A DNA stretch of 57,012 nucleotides, counting the filler, from Sphacelaria rigidula (lineage: Eukaryota), in NCBI GenBank assembly GCA_964200075.2. It is 8 parts of 8 records of this genome, joined end to end, with 100 filler letters (N's around TTAATTAATTAA, not from the genome) between each part and the next. Parts side by side here need not be neighbours in the genome. Positions count along the whole stretch, not along the records: positions 1 to 7,039 come from CAXNAA020016815.1; positions 7,140 to 14,178 come from CAXNAA020016816.1; 6 more parts are not named here. One strand, 5' to 3'. A model generated the notes under the pieces. It was not told the DNA's origin and searched no databases. It was given only the letters and a program-made list of their open reading frames with translations. Shown here in pieces: positions 1-13,012 of this stretch. The first letter of the stretch is position 1, and each line of letters opens with the position of its first letter. The position numbers and the translations under genes are program-made.

Positions 1-1216
1 GGGGGTAGGGGGTTTAACGGCTGGAAAGAGGTTCCGGGGGGCGGGGTTGCCCGGAAACCCCGTTTTTGGGGGGGGGGGAAGGGGGGGGGGGGGGGTACAC
101 CTCTTCGAGGGATGGGTACCCTCGTGATCAGGTGGATCATGACGACAGTAGGTACTGTACTGTGCAGTACGTGCATGGACGACTTTTCCTGGCTTGTGCC
201 AGGCTTGTGTACAAGTTGTGTGTGGTACGGCTGCACGGCAGGTATTAGCGGCACGCCGAGCCTTGGTTGAGCAACGTCGAGGCACGTCGAGGAGAACATG
301 TCCGCAGATGCAGGGAGTGGAAATTAAAGCGTTGGGGGTACAGGTGCTGGAAGTGTACGGACTCGACAGCATGCTGCACGATACATTAATCTATCAAAAG
401 CTCTGGAAACGGAGCCGTGGTTGTTGCAAAACCCGTATTTGTTGGGATAGATAATGCCAGCATGAGTGAAGAATACAGAACCGTGACTCGTTGGCTACTT
501 TCTTCAGCGATACCATTTTCACGAGATTCTCATTTGTCCCCTTTACCTGTGTCGCTGTTCAGTTTGCCGACCTTTTTAGAGATTGCCTTCGACACAGCTG
601 TCCGAACGCAGGCACTGCCTTCGCGGACACCAGGTGATTATTCTTAAATATTCTGCAACTATTTGATACCATGGAAGTACTAGCAGCGCATTTTTATGCC
701 GGTTGGAATTATACAGTCAAGTTACAGTAGTAGTGTATACCCTTGATGTCACTCAGCAACACGTACGACTCGTGGTACACTCCCCTTGATGGACAAACAG
801 AACGCCATCGGCGTCACGTCTTGAGTACGCGGCCCTCTTCAGCACTGCGGCCTCACTGCTATAACACCTATCCCAAAGTCATTATCCAGCAGTTACCTTG
901 ACTGAAAAGTCATCATCCAACCGCCGAGTTTTGGGCTGCTCGGGAACAGGCCAGCATCGTGGTGAAGGCACGGTTCAATTCCGTATTCCGGCGAAGAAAC
1001 AGGTAGAAAAAGGGGTTTGGACACCATTTTTCGATTTTACTCATTCTCGACCGCCTCTGGGGGGGGAGGGGGGACTGCGTAGCGTATTCCAGTCTGTAAG
1101 GCCCCTTGCGGAGGGAGCGATGTTCACCGTTTGTATCACGGAACACCAGGCACGAGTGATGAAATGTTACACACCTTGGACAATATATGGTCAATAGTTG
1201 CAATATACAAGAAACA

Positions 1217-1292
1217 TACTGCACAGAGTATAGGCCTATTGCGACTATTGTCTGCCGGAAATAGTTGAAATAGGCCTATACTCTATGCAGTA
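1217..1292. repeat. Short near-perfect hairpin (~33-bp arms, ~10-nt loop)
   Basis: tactgcacagagtataggcctattgcgactatt pairs with aatagttgaaataggcctatactctatgcagta; 3 differences between arms. Confidence 0.85.
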
Positions 1293-1995
1293 CAGTTCTC
1301 GTCTATTGCATCTATTGACCATATATTGTCCAAGGTGTGAAACGTTATTTTCCAGTGATGTCCCAGATTAAACGTACTTCCAAAATTATACTCGGGCCGG
1401 GTGTTTTCGTGATCCTCCTGAGCAGCTCTCGATCGCGGTGTTACCCATGTCGACATTGAAATAACGGTCTTTAGCCGCACATCCCCGTGTCACTTTAGAC
1501 TTACTCACCGCCACCCTTCGCTGTCGCACTTACGATGCTGGAAGATGATTTTATTGGCTGCATGTGTGTCCGCCGCTCCTACGAACATACAAAAAAGCAT
1601 GTACACCGTACCCCGTGTCAGAAAATGAGGCTTTTGTGAACTGTTAGGCAGTAACCAGCACGAGAACAAAAGCATCCGGTCGGGACGTACGGTAAGTGAT
1701 TATACGTATAAACGGTATATATATATATATATATTCTGTGTACGTAGTAGACAGTGAAATACACAGGGCAGAGCAAGAACAAAATTATTAGAACCAGAGA
1801 GAAAATGTGCATATGTCTGATCCGTCTGTCTTCCTTCACAACCACGGGGTGTTTTTTTCGCTTCCACGCTGCCTCCCCTTCTTCGCCCGCCGTTTCATCT
1901 TCACACAATTTAGAACATATTTTGGTTCTCGCTCGTACGCGTCGTCTACTTCCTGCCCCGCATGTACGCATACATTTGGGATGCCCGTTACTCAG

Positions 1996-4900
1996 GAGTG
2001 GCGTACTGAAAGCCTGGGCGATGATCGCGGAGCGCGGGGCCCTCCCTCGAAAGCGCTTCGTTGTAGCCGCTCGCATCGGGGCTGGCCGCTTGTGTGACCA
2101 GGGTATCCTCGTAAGGAAGGAGGCCGTCAAGGTATGTGGTTATTGGCGATGAAATGGTGGTGGTGATAGGGGGGGGACGTACTCATATGTTGCTTGCCTT
2201 AGTCGTGTGACCATTGACCACGCATCCCTTTCGAGATGGAGCACCGTTTCTACTCCTAAAAGGGTGGGGGGAGGGGACGTACTCATTCGTTGCTTGCCTT
2301 AGTCGTGTGACCATTGACCACGCAGCGCTTTCGAGATGAAGCAGGGGGGGGGGAGCTCAGAATAGGGTCGATTGAGATGCGTGTCGTATAATAGTGTAGA
2401 TGATACCAACGCGGGGAAGAGATGAGCAGCGGAAATATATTTTTTTTTTTAGCAAGTGTCACGTGCGAATGTGCTGTATGCCCAGGAATCAACAGTGTTC
2501 ATTTACTGCGCATCCGACGACAGAAATAGAATATACTGCTCACAGAGGAAGGGAAGGAACGGAAAGTGAGGGAAAGGGAGGGAGAGATGGCGCACGTGAC
2601 AAAAAGTAATCGAGCAATGAATCAAAATAAGATCTCCCAAGAGAGTCATCGCCCACCCCGAAGTCATGGCTCACAGACGACGTATAACCTACTTTGTTAA
2701 CGATAAAGTCGCGACATCGGTGAAAACTACAACCTGTACGACATGATATAGCCTGAAGGGCGGACACGTCGGTGATATTGCTGCCGATACACGGCTGTAC
2801 CCATGGAGTGACAGAACGTTGACACCGAGGGTAAATGCACTTTTAACGTGTTTACGCGGCACCGGGGGTACACGACGTGACCGCAGAGACAGAAGATGGC
2901 CTAAAGATTGTAAAATGTCTGTCCAAATACACACGTTCTGAGGTGCAGGTAGCGGTGTGCACATGAGTCTCTTTTTTCACCTGGTATCCTGTGCGCCTGG
3001 CCGCCTGTGTTGTGTGTGACTCTCTCTCTCTCGCGCGCTTGTGTGTTGATTGATTAGTTGTTTGGTTGTCGTACGTTGTGGGTGTTTCCTTTTGTCTCCG
3101 TTATTGAGTATTTTCTGTCGTTGTTCCGCGTGCAAATCCTCCATGCAGCCGCGTGCTTCACGTGCCGGCAACATCCCGTCCATCACGTGTTTGTCGTTAT
3201 TGCTGTTGTTGTTCTTGTCACTGCTGCTGCTGTCGTCGTGGTCGTCGTCGTTGCTGTTGTTTTATGCTCCCCTGACGCATGCAGCTGCTAGCTACACTTC
3301 TCGGCTATAATCCGTTCAACGACACCATGGATCGCGCATCCAACCAGCTGAACATGGAAAAGGCAGAGGCCGAGCTGCGAGCAATGGCTCCCGCTTCGCC
3401 CCCCGCCACCGCCGCCCCGAGCCTTCCCCGACCAGGACGACAGGAAACGGGGGCTGAGAAGGACGATGGTGACGGTGAGAGTGACGCACATCTTATTTCT
3501 TGTTTGTGCATTTTCCGCATGTATGGGAATATAGTCCCCCGCCCCCCCCTCTGCCCCCCCGTGCGCGAGGCAGTGTGTAAGCCGTAGCTGTCTCTGGGAA
3601 TGACAGCGCCAGAAAATGGAGCAATTCACGGAAGGCTGTTGTCTATATGCAAGATGATCAGTAAGCTTGCGATTGAACAATCTTAGCAGGATGTGGCTCA
3701 CCATTCATGCGACTGGCCGAATACATCACGGCGCTTCGCGCATGGTGATTGACTGCGAGCCTGGTGCCGACGAAAACCCAGCGTGCTCCGTCCTGGCTTC
3801 GTGGGAATGTGAGGTCAACGGTCTTCTGACTACGGCATGCAAGGTCACGAGCACATACCTCCGCGCGCGTACGCGTTGAATCCCTGGATCCTTCGACCGC
3901 GAAGTCGTATTTCGGGACAATATCGCCGTCTGGTTGTCCATGATGGTAATCCCGACGCTGTGGCTCGAGAAGATCCTCTATTCTTGTGGGCACACACCTC
4001 CCAAAGACGATATGCCGTGTACTCCGTGATCGCCACACCCCAGATTCCTGTAATATACTGTCGTGGCCGATGCTGGGTCAGTTTGTGTTTCCGAACAAAC
4101 TCAGCGGTCGATGAAGTGGGGACCTGTGCCATATTGCGCGAGAGGGATTACTACACCATGTATTCACATGCTCGGTATGAAAAGGGCCGTCAGGGATCCC
4201 GCCCCTCGCCCCGCCCCGCCCCGCCCCTGAGTGAACCAAATAATTGACCTCAAAAATATATTTTCGAACAAATACGCTTAGTATGCCGTTTTTAGAACGC
4301 TGCTCCCCCCTCCATCTGCTTGTTGTCTGGCGTGAAATATCGCTCAGCTGGCTCAGACGATGAAGACAATCGCAGTGAGAAGAGCTATCGGGGGTCAGAC
4401 GAAAGTGGCGAAGAAGGGGACGGAGCAGTGGAAGATGACCAGGAGAACGGTGACGAGAGCCGGGAGGCTGGCGATACCCCTGGCGAAGCCGATGAGGGCG
4501 ATGCTGACGATGGTGATGATACCGAGGTATATGATAATAAGTGTACTTGCGAAAGAGTACCGGCGGAATCGCTTTCCCCTCAAGAACGAAGATTAAAGTC
4601 AGCACGAATTAGGCGAACGGGGAAGTGTTGGAAGGAGGTGTATGCAGTGAAATAGAATGTGTGCAGTTAGTATTCGTTTTGGGATTCCATGTGCATGCTA
4701 GAAGGGCGGTCGGTGATTTATTGTTGCAGTCATGAGCGAGAAAGTGACGATCGTTTCTCTTTTTATTGCATGATCTGTTTAGTTCAAAGTGTTTTGCGTC
4801 GTGCACGCGCGCGTGTGTATTTGTTTGTTTGCCAGGACATACGGAAGTGTTACACAACGCCATTTATTGGGCGTACAATACTCGTAGCAGGCGCTCTGTC

Positions 4901-6200
4901 GCTCCCCGTTGTTTAGCGCTTTTCTGGATCCTCGCTTTTTTTCTTTGTGTTGGGGGTCCTGAGAGACCGCAGATGTGCAGAATAGTCAACCTGCATCCCT
5001 CCCCCCCCCCACGCACGAGTGCGAGGTAAGGGATGGAGGTAGATCCAGAAGTGGTGTAAAAAAATCGAGGTCCGAGTGCACCGTCTCGACTTGAGAGGGG
5101 GGGAGGGGGGGGGTTAATGAGGTCACGGTTACGGCTCGTACGATCCCCGTGGTTGATGCACATAATTTCGACCTGGTGAACTAGTTTGAAACCACTATTA
5201 AATCATACACAATTTTCCCCGCCTTCCGCCTGCCTCCGACCCGCGCGGCTTCATGCTCATTCGCCATTCTGTTCTGGGCTGAATATCGTGTTTCAGGCAA
5301 AAATATTTTCCCGGGGTAGCTGTCTGCACACGTGTTTGAAATTGTATTCTAGAGTCGGTGTGTGATGCAATGTGATGTACTGTAATGCACTGCAGCGAGA
5401 AGATTCATATATATATATATATTTTTTTATTTCCATTCCCATGAGCACAGCCTTGGAAAATTTCACAACCTGCGTAACACGTATGCTGTGAGGATGATAT
5501 TTTTTTGTGTCATTTCTAATCGTGGCTTTATCAGCATACTCCCTCTGACCCATAAGTAAAGTCCGTTATGATCACACGGACACTTGACCGTGTCCAATGC
5601 CGTAGGCGTTTTTTTTTTATCTTCATTTTTTTTAGTTGAAAGGCGTTTTTTTTTTTCCTGTTTGCGCAGCAGCCAGCGTGCGCGAATGGCCGATAAACGA
5701 TCAGTCGGTCCGAAAATGGCCATATTTAGCCCCTTTTCCATGACACAGAGAAGAACCCTGGAAACCCGAAAAACGGCAAAAATCGCAAAAAAAAGTGTAA
5801 GTGGCTCTTTTTCTCCGGTTCATCGCGGACATACGGTAGCTAGGCCTAGTCTGAAACCAATTCGTTTACATTGCAAACTTGTATTACTTCAAAACAATCC
5901 AGATTCGTCGAAACTACTTATGGGACAGAGGGAGTATGTTGAAAAAAATGGCCGGCTCAACGAGGTAAACTGGGGGAGACCAAACCAGGGTCCTATTTTT
6001 CCTGTCTCTAGGGACAAATGAGTGGATGAGGTCGCGGTCAAGGTTCCGCTTGTGTGATAATGGAGCTTGTCCTCATTCCTTCGTGTATTCGGTGCACTAG
6101 TTGAGTCTTGAAAAGTTCAACTGTTTACGTAGTCCATATACGTGCGATGGATTTGCTTCGGAAGTGAAACAAGCCAGCGTCAAACTAAAACAGAGCTTGC

Positions 6201-6258
<58 letters not shown>

Positions 6259-6600
6259 TTCCCCTCTTTCTCCTTGCCGTGGCTTCAGGGCCCTGGCCTN
6301 NNNNNNNNNGCTATGGTTTTCCTTCCGAGGTGGACCATGCCCTCGTGAACCTATATCGCAGCCTCCTCCCCCCCCCCCTCCCCCCCCGACCCCTCCCCTC
6401 CCCTCCCCTCCCCTTTCCTTCTCGGTGGTTTGTAGTCGCGGCCGTTGAGCGAGCGTGACAGTAAGGAGGCGGAGTGCGAGCACCTCCGCGCGGCTATGCT
6501 GTTCATCTCAGAACTGGAGACGGCCACCGGCAATCTGGTGGGGATGCTCGGTAGCAAAGCGAACAGCGATGTCGAGCACGCCCTCAAGTTTTTCGTCACG
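1996..6600 (+). CDS. NCAPD2: Condensin I complex subunit 1 (CAP-D2/Cnd1/Ycs4), partial; exons 1996-2131, 3285-3474, 4348-4526, 6436-6600
   Basis: AG/GT-bounded, phase-compatible exons splice to ...GVLKAWAMIAERGALPRKRFVVAARIGAGRLCDQGILVRKEAVK|LLATLLGYNPFND..., an acidic linker, then ...LFISELETATGNLVGMLGSKANSDVEHALKFFVT. This matches the CAP-D2 motifs GRLxDKSxLVxKxAIQLLxxxLxxNPF and LLxSKxxxDVxEAIxFFV. The acidic exon's acceptor (4348 vs 4357) is less certain. Confidence 0.88.
2169..2353 (-). mobile_element. Two tandem 5'-truncated LINE 3'-end copies (family A) with C-rich tails
   Basis: Copies 2169-2259 and 2262-2343 match the 3' end of the LINE at 13746-14178 (gtgctccrtctcgaaagggatgcgtggtcaatggtc...aaggcaagcaac..tgagtacg). 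Each is followed by a C-run on the element strand, and a further C10 run flanks the 5' side. Confidence 0.85.
3560..3879 (+). mobile_element. LINE 3'-end fragment (family B)
   Basis: Homologous to 42835-43010 and 43082-43310 (reverse strand). Contains gtgctccgtc...gaggtcaacggt and is preceded by C-runs at 3536-3560. Confidence 0.7.
5539..5934. mobile_element. Stowaway-like (Tc1/mariner) MITE
   Basis: TIRs ctccctctgacccataagta / tacttatgggacagagggag, flanked by a TA TSD (5537-5538, 5935-5936). CTCCCTC termini are the Stowaway signature. Confidence 0.9.
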
Positions 6601-7039
6601 GTGAGTCAGGTTTAGTCGTCGTCGTCGTCATCACCGTTTTTGTCGTTTTCGTTACCATTGCTGTTGCTTCTGCTGTTGTTGCCGTTGGCGTGTGGGATGT
6701 GGGATGTGTCGGGGGCAGACGAAGACAAAAACGCATCGCCTTTGGCTGTTGTTTGTTTTTCCATGGGTGATGTTGCTATTATTACCGCTGCTGCTGTTTT
6801 CGAACGTAGCTCCTGTACAACGACACAAGGGGAAACAGACACTGACCTCATAGTTTGACACCCTCAGAGATAATGGGTTGTTTCGAGACCCGAAAAATCA
6901 TCACCCGGCCAGTGATGTGTTTTTTTTTCTGGGAGGGAGGGGAGGGGGGGGGGGGGGGGGGGGGGCCACAAAATTGTGCTGTCCAGTTGATCTCTTGATC
7001 AATCACAACCCCCCCTAGTGGAACAGTATGTGGTGGGGA

Positions 7040-7139
7040 NNNNNNNNNNNNNNNNNNNNNNNNNNNNNNNNNNNNNNNNNNNNTTAATTAATTAANNNNN
7101 NNNNNNNNNNNNNNNNNNNNNNNNNNNNNNNNNNNNNNN
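7040..7139. other. Artificial contig spacer (N44-TTAATTAATTAA-N44); identical spacers at 14179-14278, 21318-21417, 28457-28556, 35596-35695, 42735-42834, 49874-49973
   Basis: The same six-frame-stop linker recurs every 7,139 bp and every intervening segment is exactly 7,039 bp. Confidence 0.99.
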
Positions 7140-8440
7140 TGGTGCCTTTGCATTAGTGGCTGCCAGTGCTCCTGAGCGAGCTATGGCGCCGGGGGGGGGG
7201 GGGGGGGGGGGGGAAAGAGGTTGATTCACGAAAAACAAAGGCTCACAGGTGTTTCAGACAACCCAACTACTCGCGGTGGGTTTTTATTCGGGTGAAAATG
7301 GTGCCAGGCGGTATGAATGATTGTGTCATTTATCTACCCTGGGTACGTTCATTTGGTGACGACGGCTGGAGTCGTATCGAATCATTCATTGTGCCAACAC
7401 CAATTGATATATCAATCAACAAAGCGCGGTCTCCAAATGGCCGAGTCGCGGCCTGCTCCCATTGCCTTGTTTTCGTACGGCCTGACGTCTTATCCCACGC
7501 CATGGCAGAGGCCTGTCGTTGGATTTGTTGGGAGCGGTTCTAGTTCTTCACCTGGCGTATTTTTTTTCTCTTTTTTCACATGTTTCGGTTTTTTTCGAAA
7601 ACCGAGTTACTCTGCCGTAAAACACACCACGCGTGGAACCTGTTCTTTTTTATTTACAGTGTCGCTTGGTCACCCAAAACTATTGTAAAGAAGACGCACG
7701 ATCACACTCACACACCCTCTCTCGGTCCATGAACCTGTCTCGGTACATGATGTTATGCTAGCCCAGTCAACAACAGCATGCAGTGTTCCACAGCACGGTA
7801 CCCTCACAAGAAAAAAATCATGTTGGGCGCGAGGTCATATTTCGGAATGATATATCCGACCGGTCTCGAACAGTCATGACGCAAAGGCTGCAGCCGAGCA
7901 GCTCCTCTACGTCAGCAAGCACCACCCCGAAATGACAGTATACGCACACACCATGGCCCTCAACCCCTGAGACATGCATAATTATGTGACCAAAACGTTG
8001 TCCCTTGCGTATTTCCAGAGGAAGATATCAAGGGTTTATTTTGAGCATCTCGCGGTTGATTCATTACTTTGATTTATTATTTTACATTGAGGTTTGAAAT
8101 ATTAGCACACAAACCATATGGCCACGTAGGACACTACCCAAGTGAAGGCAACGAAAAACATACTACGGAAGGCCAATAAAGTGATCGGCGTTTGTACCGC
8201 GTCCAGTAATGGAAGTCTTTAGTGGTTTGTTGTATTTTCAAAGCCGGCACGGTTTCGCCACAGTACAGTCACTTCGCCATGTATATCGCCACATATGAGA
8301 ATCGAGAAAGCGAACAATATTCTTTACCCCCCGCGCTAGGACTTTTGTAATGGAAGGTATGATCACACACCCCGGTTAGGGGGTTAACGTCTGGTTCTAG
8401 CACCATTGCGAACTCACTTCTGCGGAATACATTGTTCTAC

Positions 8441-8710
8441 AGGGCAATGCTACGATAGGGCCTACACTTTTTTAGCGAAAACGTTTATTGCGGCTGCTCG
8501 GGGTGTGTGTTGAACGAATCGTTTTTAGAATCGGCATTATTTTTACTTGAACAAGACTGAAAATGATGCCGATTCACGAAAAGGCCCCTGTGTGCATTTC
8601 CATGTCCTGTCCCCGGAGATTTGGGTTGCACAGTAAGCCCCATACATTTTGGCTCCTACAAAAAAGAGATTCCAGAAACAAAAAGTGCAACCCCTACCGT
8701 AGCATTGCTC
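8441..8710. mobile_element. ~270-bp MITE, copy 1 (copy 2 at 23564-23826)
   Basis: ~30-bp imperfect TIRs (gcaatgctacgatagggcctacactttt / aaaagtgcaacccctaccgtagcattgc); the internal sequence is clearly homologous to the copy on a different contig. Confidence 0.85.
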
Positions 8711-9737
8711 GACACTTCATCTATGCAGCAGCCGAAACCTCATGATAGATGGATGCAACGTGCTTGGCACACGTGAGGACACCAAGATTCGCATCTTTGC
8801 GGGGTTGACAGTTCCAACTGCTCGCCAGCGTGTGCAGCACGCGGGTTTGCCAAACTCTGCGCCTGTTGACGCACAATTTTAGTCTTAGGACACCCTCTCT
8901 GAGCCCTCCGTTTCCGAAAGTCGGGTTCAGGCATGCGTCAGGAATACCGTTTAGGTTTAATGCAAAACAAGCACGTGTCAACCATGGGCCCTGGTCGTCG
9001 AGGTGGGATAAAACCCGCCTCGTTATGAGCATACATGTCGAGCGTCTTTTTTTTTTTCAAAAGGTTTGGTAAGAAAACAAAGCGCGTTTGGTCGTCGCAA
9101 AGGACTACGAACTCTCATACCCACTTTTGTCGTCGCAGCTCGTGGCTCCATGATTTCACGGTTAGGACGAATCATCACGACTACTTTTTTTACCAAATCC
9201 ACGATCTCTTCGACCTGATTGCCCAAAAGGGAGAAAAAAGTTGACCGTAGGTCCAAGGGGTATCCACGCAACGCTTGCGCCATTCCACGTGTCTGGGCTG
9301 CGTGTACCTGGGTTCCAACGCTGAAAACCAAGTCTAGGTATTCATGTGTACGATTCGAATCAATCATACTAAAACCAAGTCATTTCCAGATGAATCATTA
9401 TTTGTCAGACACTTGAATGATTTCGAGATAGACACCTCCCGACGATATCGTTTTTGTCGAGCACATGGTTCGAACTTTTTGCCGGAGAACCCAACCATGC
9501 AGGTTGCAATGACACAACCAACGCAACGAGCGCTAAAGCGCGTGGGTCCGAACTATGGGTTATCTCTATGTGTCCGTGCGCATACCGAAACGCACACACA
9601 CACACAACGAAATCGTCGAGAAACACCACAAAAGTCAGTTGTGCTGGAGAGAACACCCCGTAAAAGAAACCCAGCTGCCAAAAAACACCCAGCAAAGCAA
9701 GCTGCGTCTCGCTTCTCTTTCCAGGAAAATCGCTTAC

Positions 9738-12700
9738 CCATCACGAGAGCGCTCATGATCTGGCTCTTCATGTACGCCTTATCCTTCAGAAGGAGCGTCA
9801 GCTTCTTGTCGAAGCACAGCTTCATGTGGTAAGACCAGGACCCCGCAAACTGCTTGGTGTACACCGGAGGCCAAGACGCCCCGTCCATCGGCCCCGGCCT
9901 GGCCAATTCCTGTTGTGTCATGTTGTTCATGGGGTTTGGGGACGAATCATGGCACCAACTACGAATTTAATTTGGGCGCACGAGGGGAGAAGCGGGCTTT
10001 TCGACGGTGGAGGGGGGGGGAGGTCGTCCCGAAAATGTGTCGCAGCACCTCGGTTGCAAGCCACGGTGACGGCAACGACATACCCTAACGAGCGGAGGAC
10101 ATGCCATCGCACAAGGAGTATTCATTTCGATATGCTTAAATACGCTGCGATCATGATTACATGTAGATCGTGAAATACATATGGGCTGATTGACCTCCTC
10201 TGAGACTACGAGGTTGTCCCGACGAGATGCCAGGAGGGGGGCTGGGCATTATGACGAAAAAGTAAGAGACATCTTCGTGTGTGCGTACCGCTTGTGTGTG
10301 ATTCTGCTGCCGTGTTAGGTCGTCTGCTGACTGCAATGCGTAACATCACCCATTCACTCCATGGACTTCGATGTCGTGTACGTACACACTTATCTTTCAC
10401 CACTGCTGTAGCTCTGCTTCATCTCCGTTTGTTTTCATTCGGACGTGTTTGTGACTGCACGTATGTCTGCCCCCAACCTTCTGCTCTCAAAACGTTCAGC
10501 AGCCTACCCCAGAGCTGGATCACACACTGCGAAGGGGCGTTCACTCGAAGCCTATCATGAGGGGGCACATCTACGACTCGTCCCGCGACTCGGCGGTATA
10601 ACTGATGCACCAGCGCTACTTACTGTAGGTCGAGGGGATCCCGCAAGTACAGAGATCTCGACAGTTGACAGTACGAAGCTTTTTATTTTGGCGCCCGTGG
10701 TCCGAAAATGTGCAAACGGGACTTGTTAAGAAAAGAAACGTGAGTGTCGAGGCTACACCAGTGCTGGTTCAACTGTCGACGATGGAGTACTCCGCAGAAA
10801 CCGTGGATGACACGGGTTTATCCTTTGGACTGCGGAATTTCCTGAAAAAAGGTAAGGAAGCGGAATATATATATATATATATATATACATAAATCGGAGG
10901 GGGGGGGGTCATACACTAGCGCTTGCCTGACAAAAAGCAATGGGAAAAGTTCGTAACACGACGCTCTGATATTTTACACATGTACGTGTCAATTTCTCGC
11001 ACAAGTCATACCTGCCGTGGTTTCCCCGACCTCCTCACTCACAAGACTATGGCATGAAGACATTGATTCGCTTTTCACTACAATACCCTCGTGCTTGTCC
11101 GCTACTCTATTTTATCCTGTACACGGGTGAGGATCCGGCTTGAAGCATATTCATGAAGAGCGAAATAATACTTGGTTTATTCGCCGTCTCGCGACCCTCC
11201 CTCCACCTGAGGCGGTGATTGTAAGCGGTGGTTCCACTATTTTTGTTTTTGTGCTTTTATAGAATGAATATGCATATTTACAATGTCGTCGTGTGTACAA
11301 ATTCGGTCTTGAAAGAACCCTTGACGTCTACGGAGTTGTTCTGAATACTTGCAAGACCTCCAAACTGGACAAAGGAGCGGGGAACGGGGGGGAGGGGGAG
11401 CAGGGGGGGGTGAACATGGCAGGAGCTGTCTCTTCCGCGTTGCGGTGTCTTCGAAGTAGCGATGTGTAAGTAGTCCATCAATAGGGTGATGAAGATACTC
11501 GAAACTTGACATGTTAACTAGCATCAAGAGCTGGGCCAGCTTGGAGCATATGTTGGCGCTTGATCAGCTTTGCTAGATCTACCTTCAAGAGTTACGAGCT
11601 TATTTTTTTTGCATACGGCGTACATCACCATGACTCAAAAACTCATTGCCTTAGCCTACGAAAAACAGAAGGAAAGAGCAAACTAGAGCCGTTGATCCGA
11701 CAAACATAAAAAATGTTATAACTCAACAAATAAGTGTGTTTATATCTTTGGCTACGGGGGTCTATTTTTGCGTTGTCGTGTAAAATGTAAGTATCAAATT
11801 TCAGAAGAAAAAAAATGTTCAATTGGGCCTTACAGATTAATTCATGTATGACGGGGAAGATATGCCGTGCAATAGAACAGCGGGTCGTGGGTACGAATGC
11901 TGACAGATACGAACTTTTTCAGGTCGGTATAAAGAAAATGTCACAACGCCATGAGGAAACACTTATTGTTGCTTGCGTGGAGAATTCTTCACCTACATGC
12001 AGAAGAACCTCTTGAAAATGGGCGGTGCGTTCAACTTATCGTATGACATCGCTGAACCCCGGCGGTCGATGAAATAACGGTAGGTATAACTTGTGCGAGA
12101 AGTTAACACATATCTGTTCGAAATGTAAGAGCGTCGTATATCAAACTATTCCCCGTTGTTTTTTTGTCGAGCAAGCGCTGGTCTACGACGTCCCCCCTCT
12201 AATGAAATATATATATATATATATATATATATTCCGCTCTCTTACCTTTCGCCAAACAAGTCCGCAGCCTTAAAGGATCACCCGTCTCCCCCCCGGTATG
12301 TCTGGCACTACATTATCGAGCGTTGAGGACGTGATTTCATCAACCTCCCGATTATTTTTATAAATGTCTGGAACAGGTAAGTACAACCCTGCAGTATATC
12401 CATTAGACAATAGTTGCAGGTGACCCGTCAATTTTGTTACTGTTGTCTCAGACGATAACCGAATGATATTACTTCCTATTTTACCAAGTATTTGGGTACT
12501 GCAGGATATTCTTACCCCCCCCTCCCCCTACCTCCTCAAAGGGACTGATGGCGATATGTGAGTACTGCGCTGCATTTCTTCGTTGCGAATAACGACAGTA
12601 TGATGTATGATTGAAACATGCGATTTGTGTGTCAAAGAGGGCAGACGAACATGAGCACGAACTACTGCGCGTGGCGGTTACTGTTTGCACATCATGACAC

Positions 12701-12977
12701 GTCACTACCGCGTACTTCGCGTTTTTCCGGGTCACAAAACGAAGCTGAGATGATGGGCTACTATCTTCTTCGTGTAAAAACAAGGGGAAAAAAAATGAGG
12801 GGAGGGGAGGGGGGGGGGGGGGGGCGGTATCCCTCCCCCGCCTGCTCGATAGCCTTGCCGGCTTCCCTCCCCCCCCATTTGGGGTTTAACCCCNNNNNNN
12901 NNNGGATGTGTTGAGGACCACAAACGAGGAAGAGAGATGTGGCGGATCTTGTGGTGAGAAAAGAGGGGGGAGGAAAA

Positions 12978-13012
<35 letters not shown>

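Noticed and set aside
100-900. Possible LTR with polypurine tract (aaggggag|tgt on the minus strand at ~780)
   Set aside because: No second LTR, PBS or pol sequence to support it.
6097-6483. Poly-Gly/poly-Pro ORFs here and at 12939, 20564, 49592
   Set aside because: Translations of G/C homopolymer tracts in introns or intergenic DNA.
7084-7095. Regularly spaced TTAATTAATTAA repeats (CRISPR-like or regulatory periodicity)
   Set aside because: Synthetic linker embedded in N-runs.
12800-12893. Apparent duplication of the PDR exon end (EAGKAIEQ)
   Set aside because: A degraded copy next to a 10-N gap and after poly-G; typical low-quality read overlap. The same applies at 6200-6299 versus 6361-6450.
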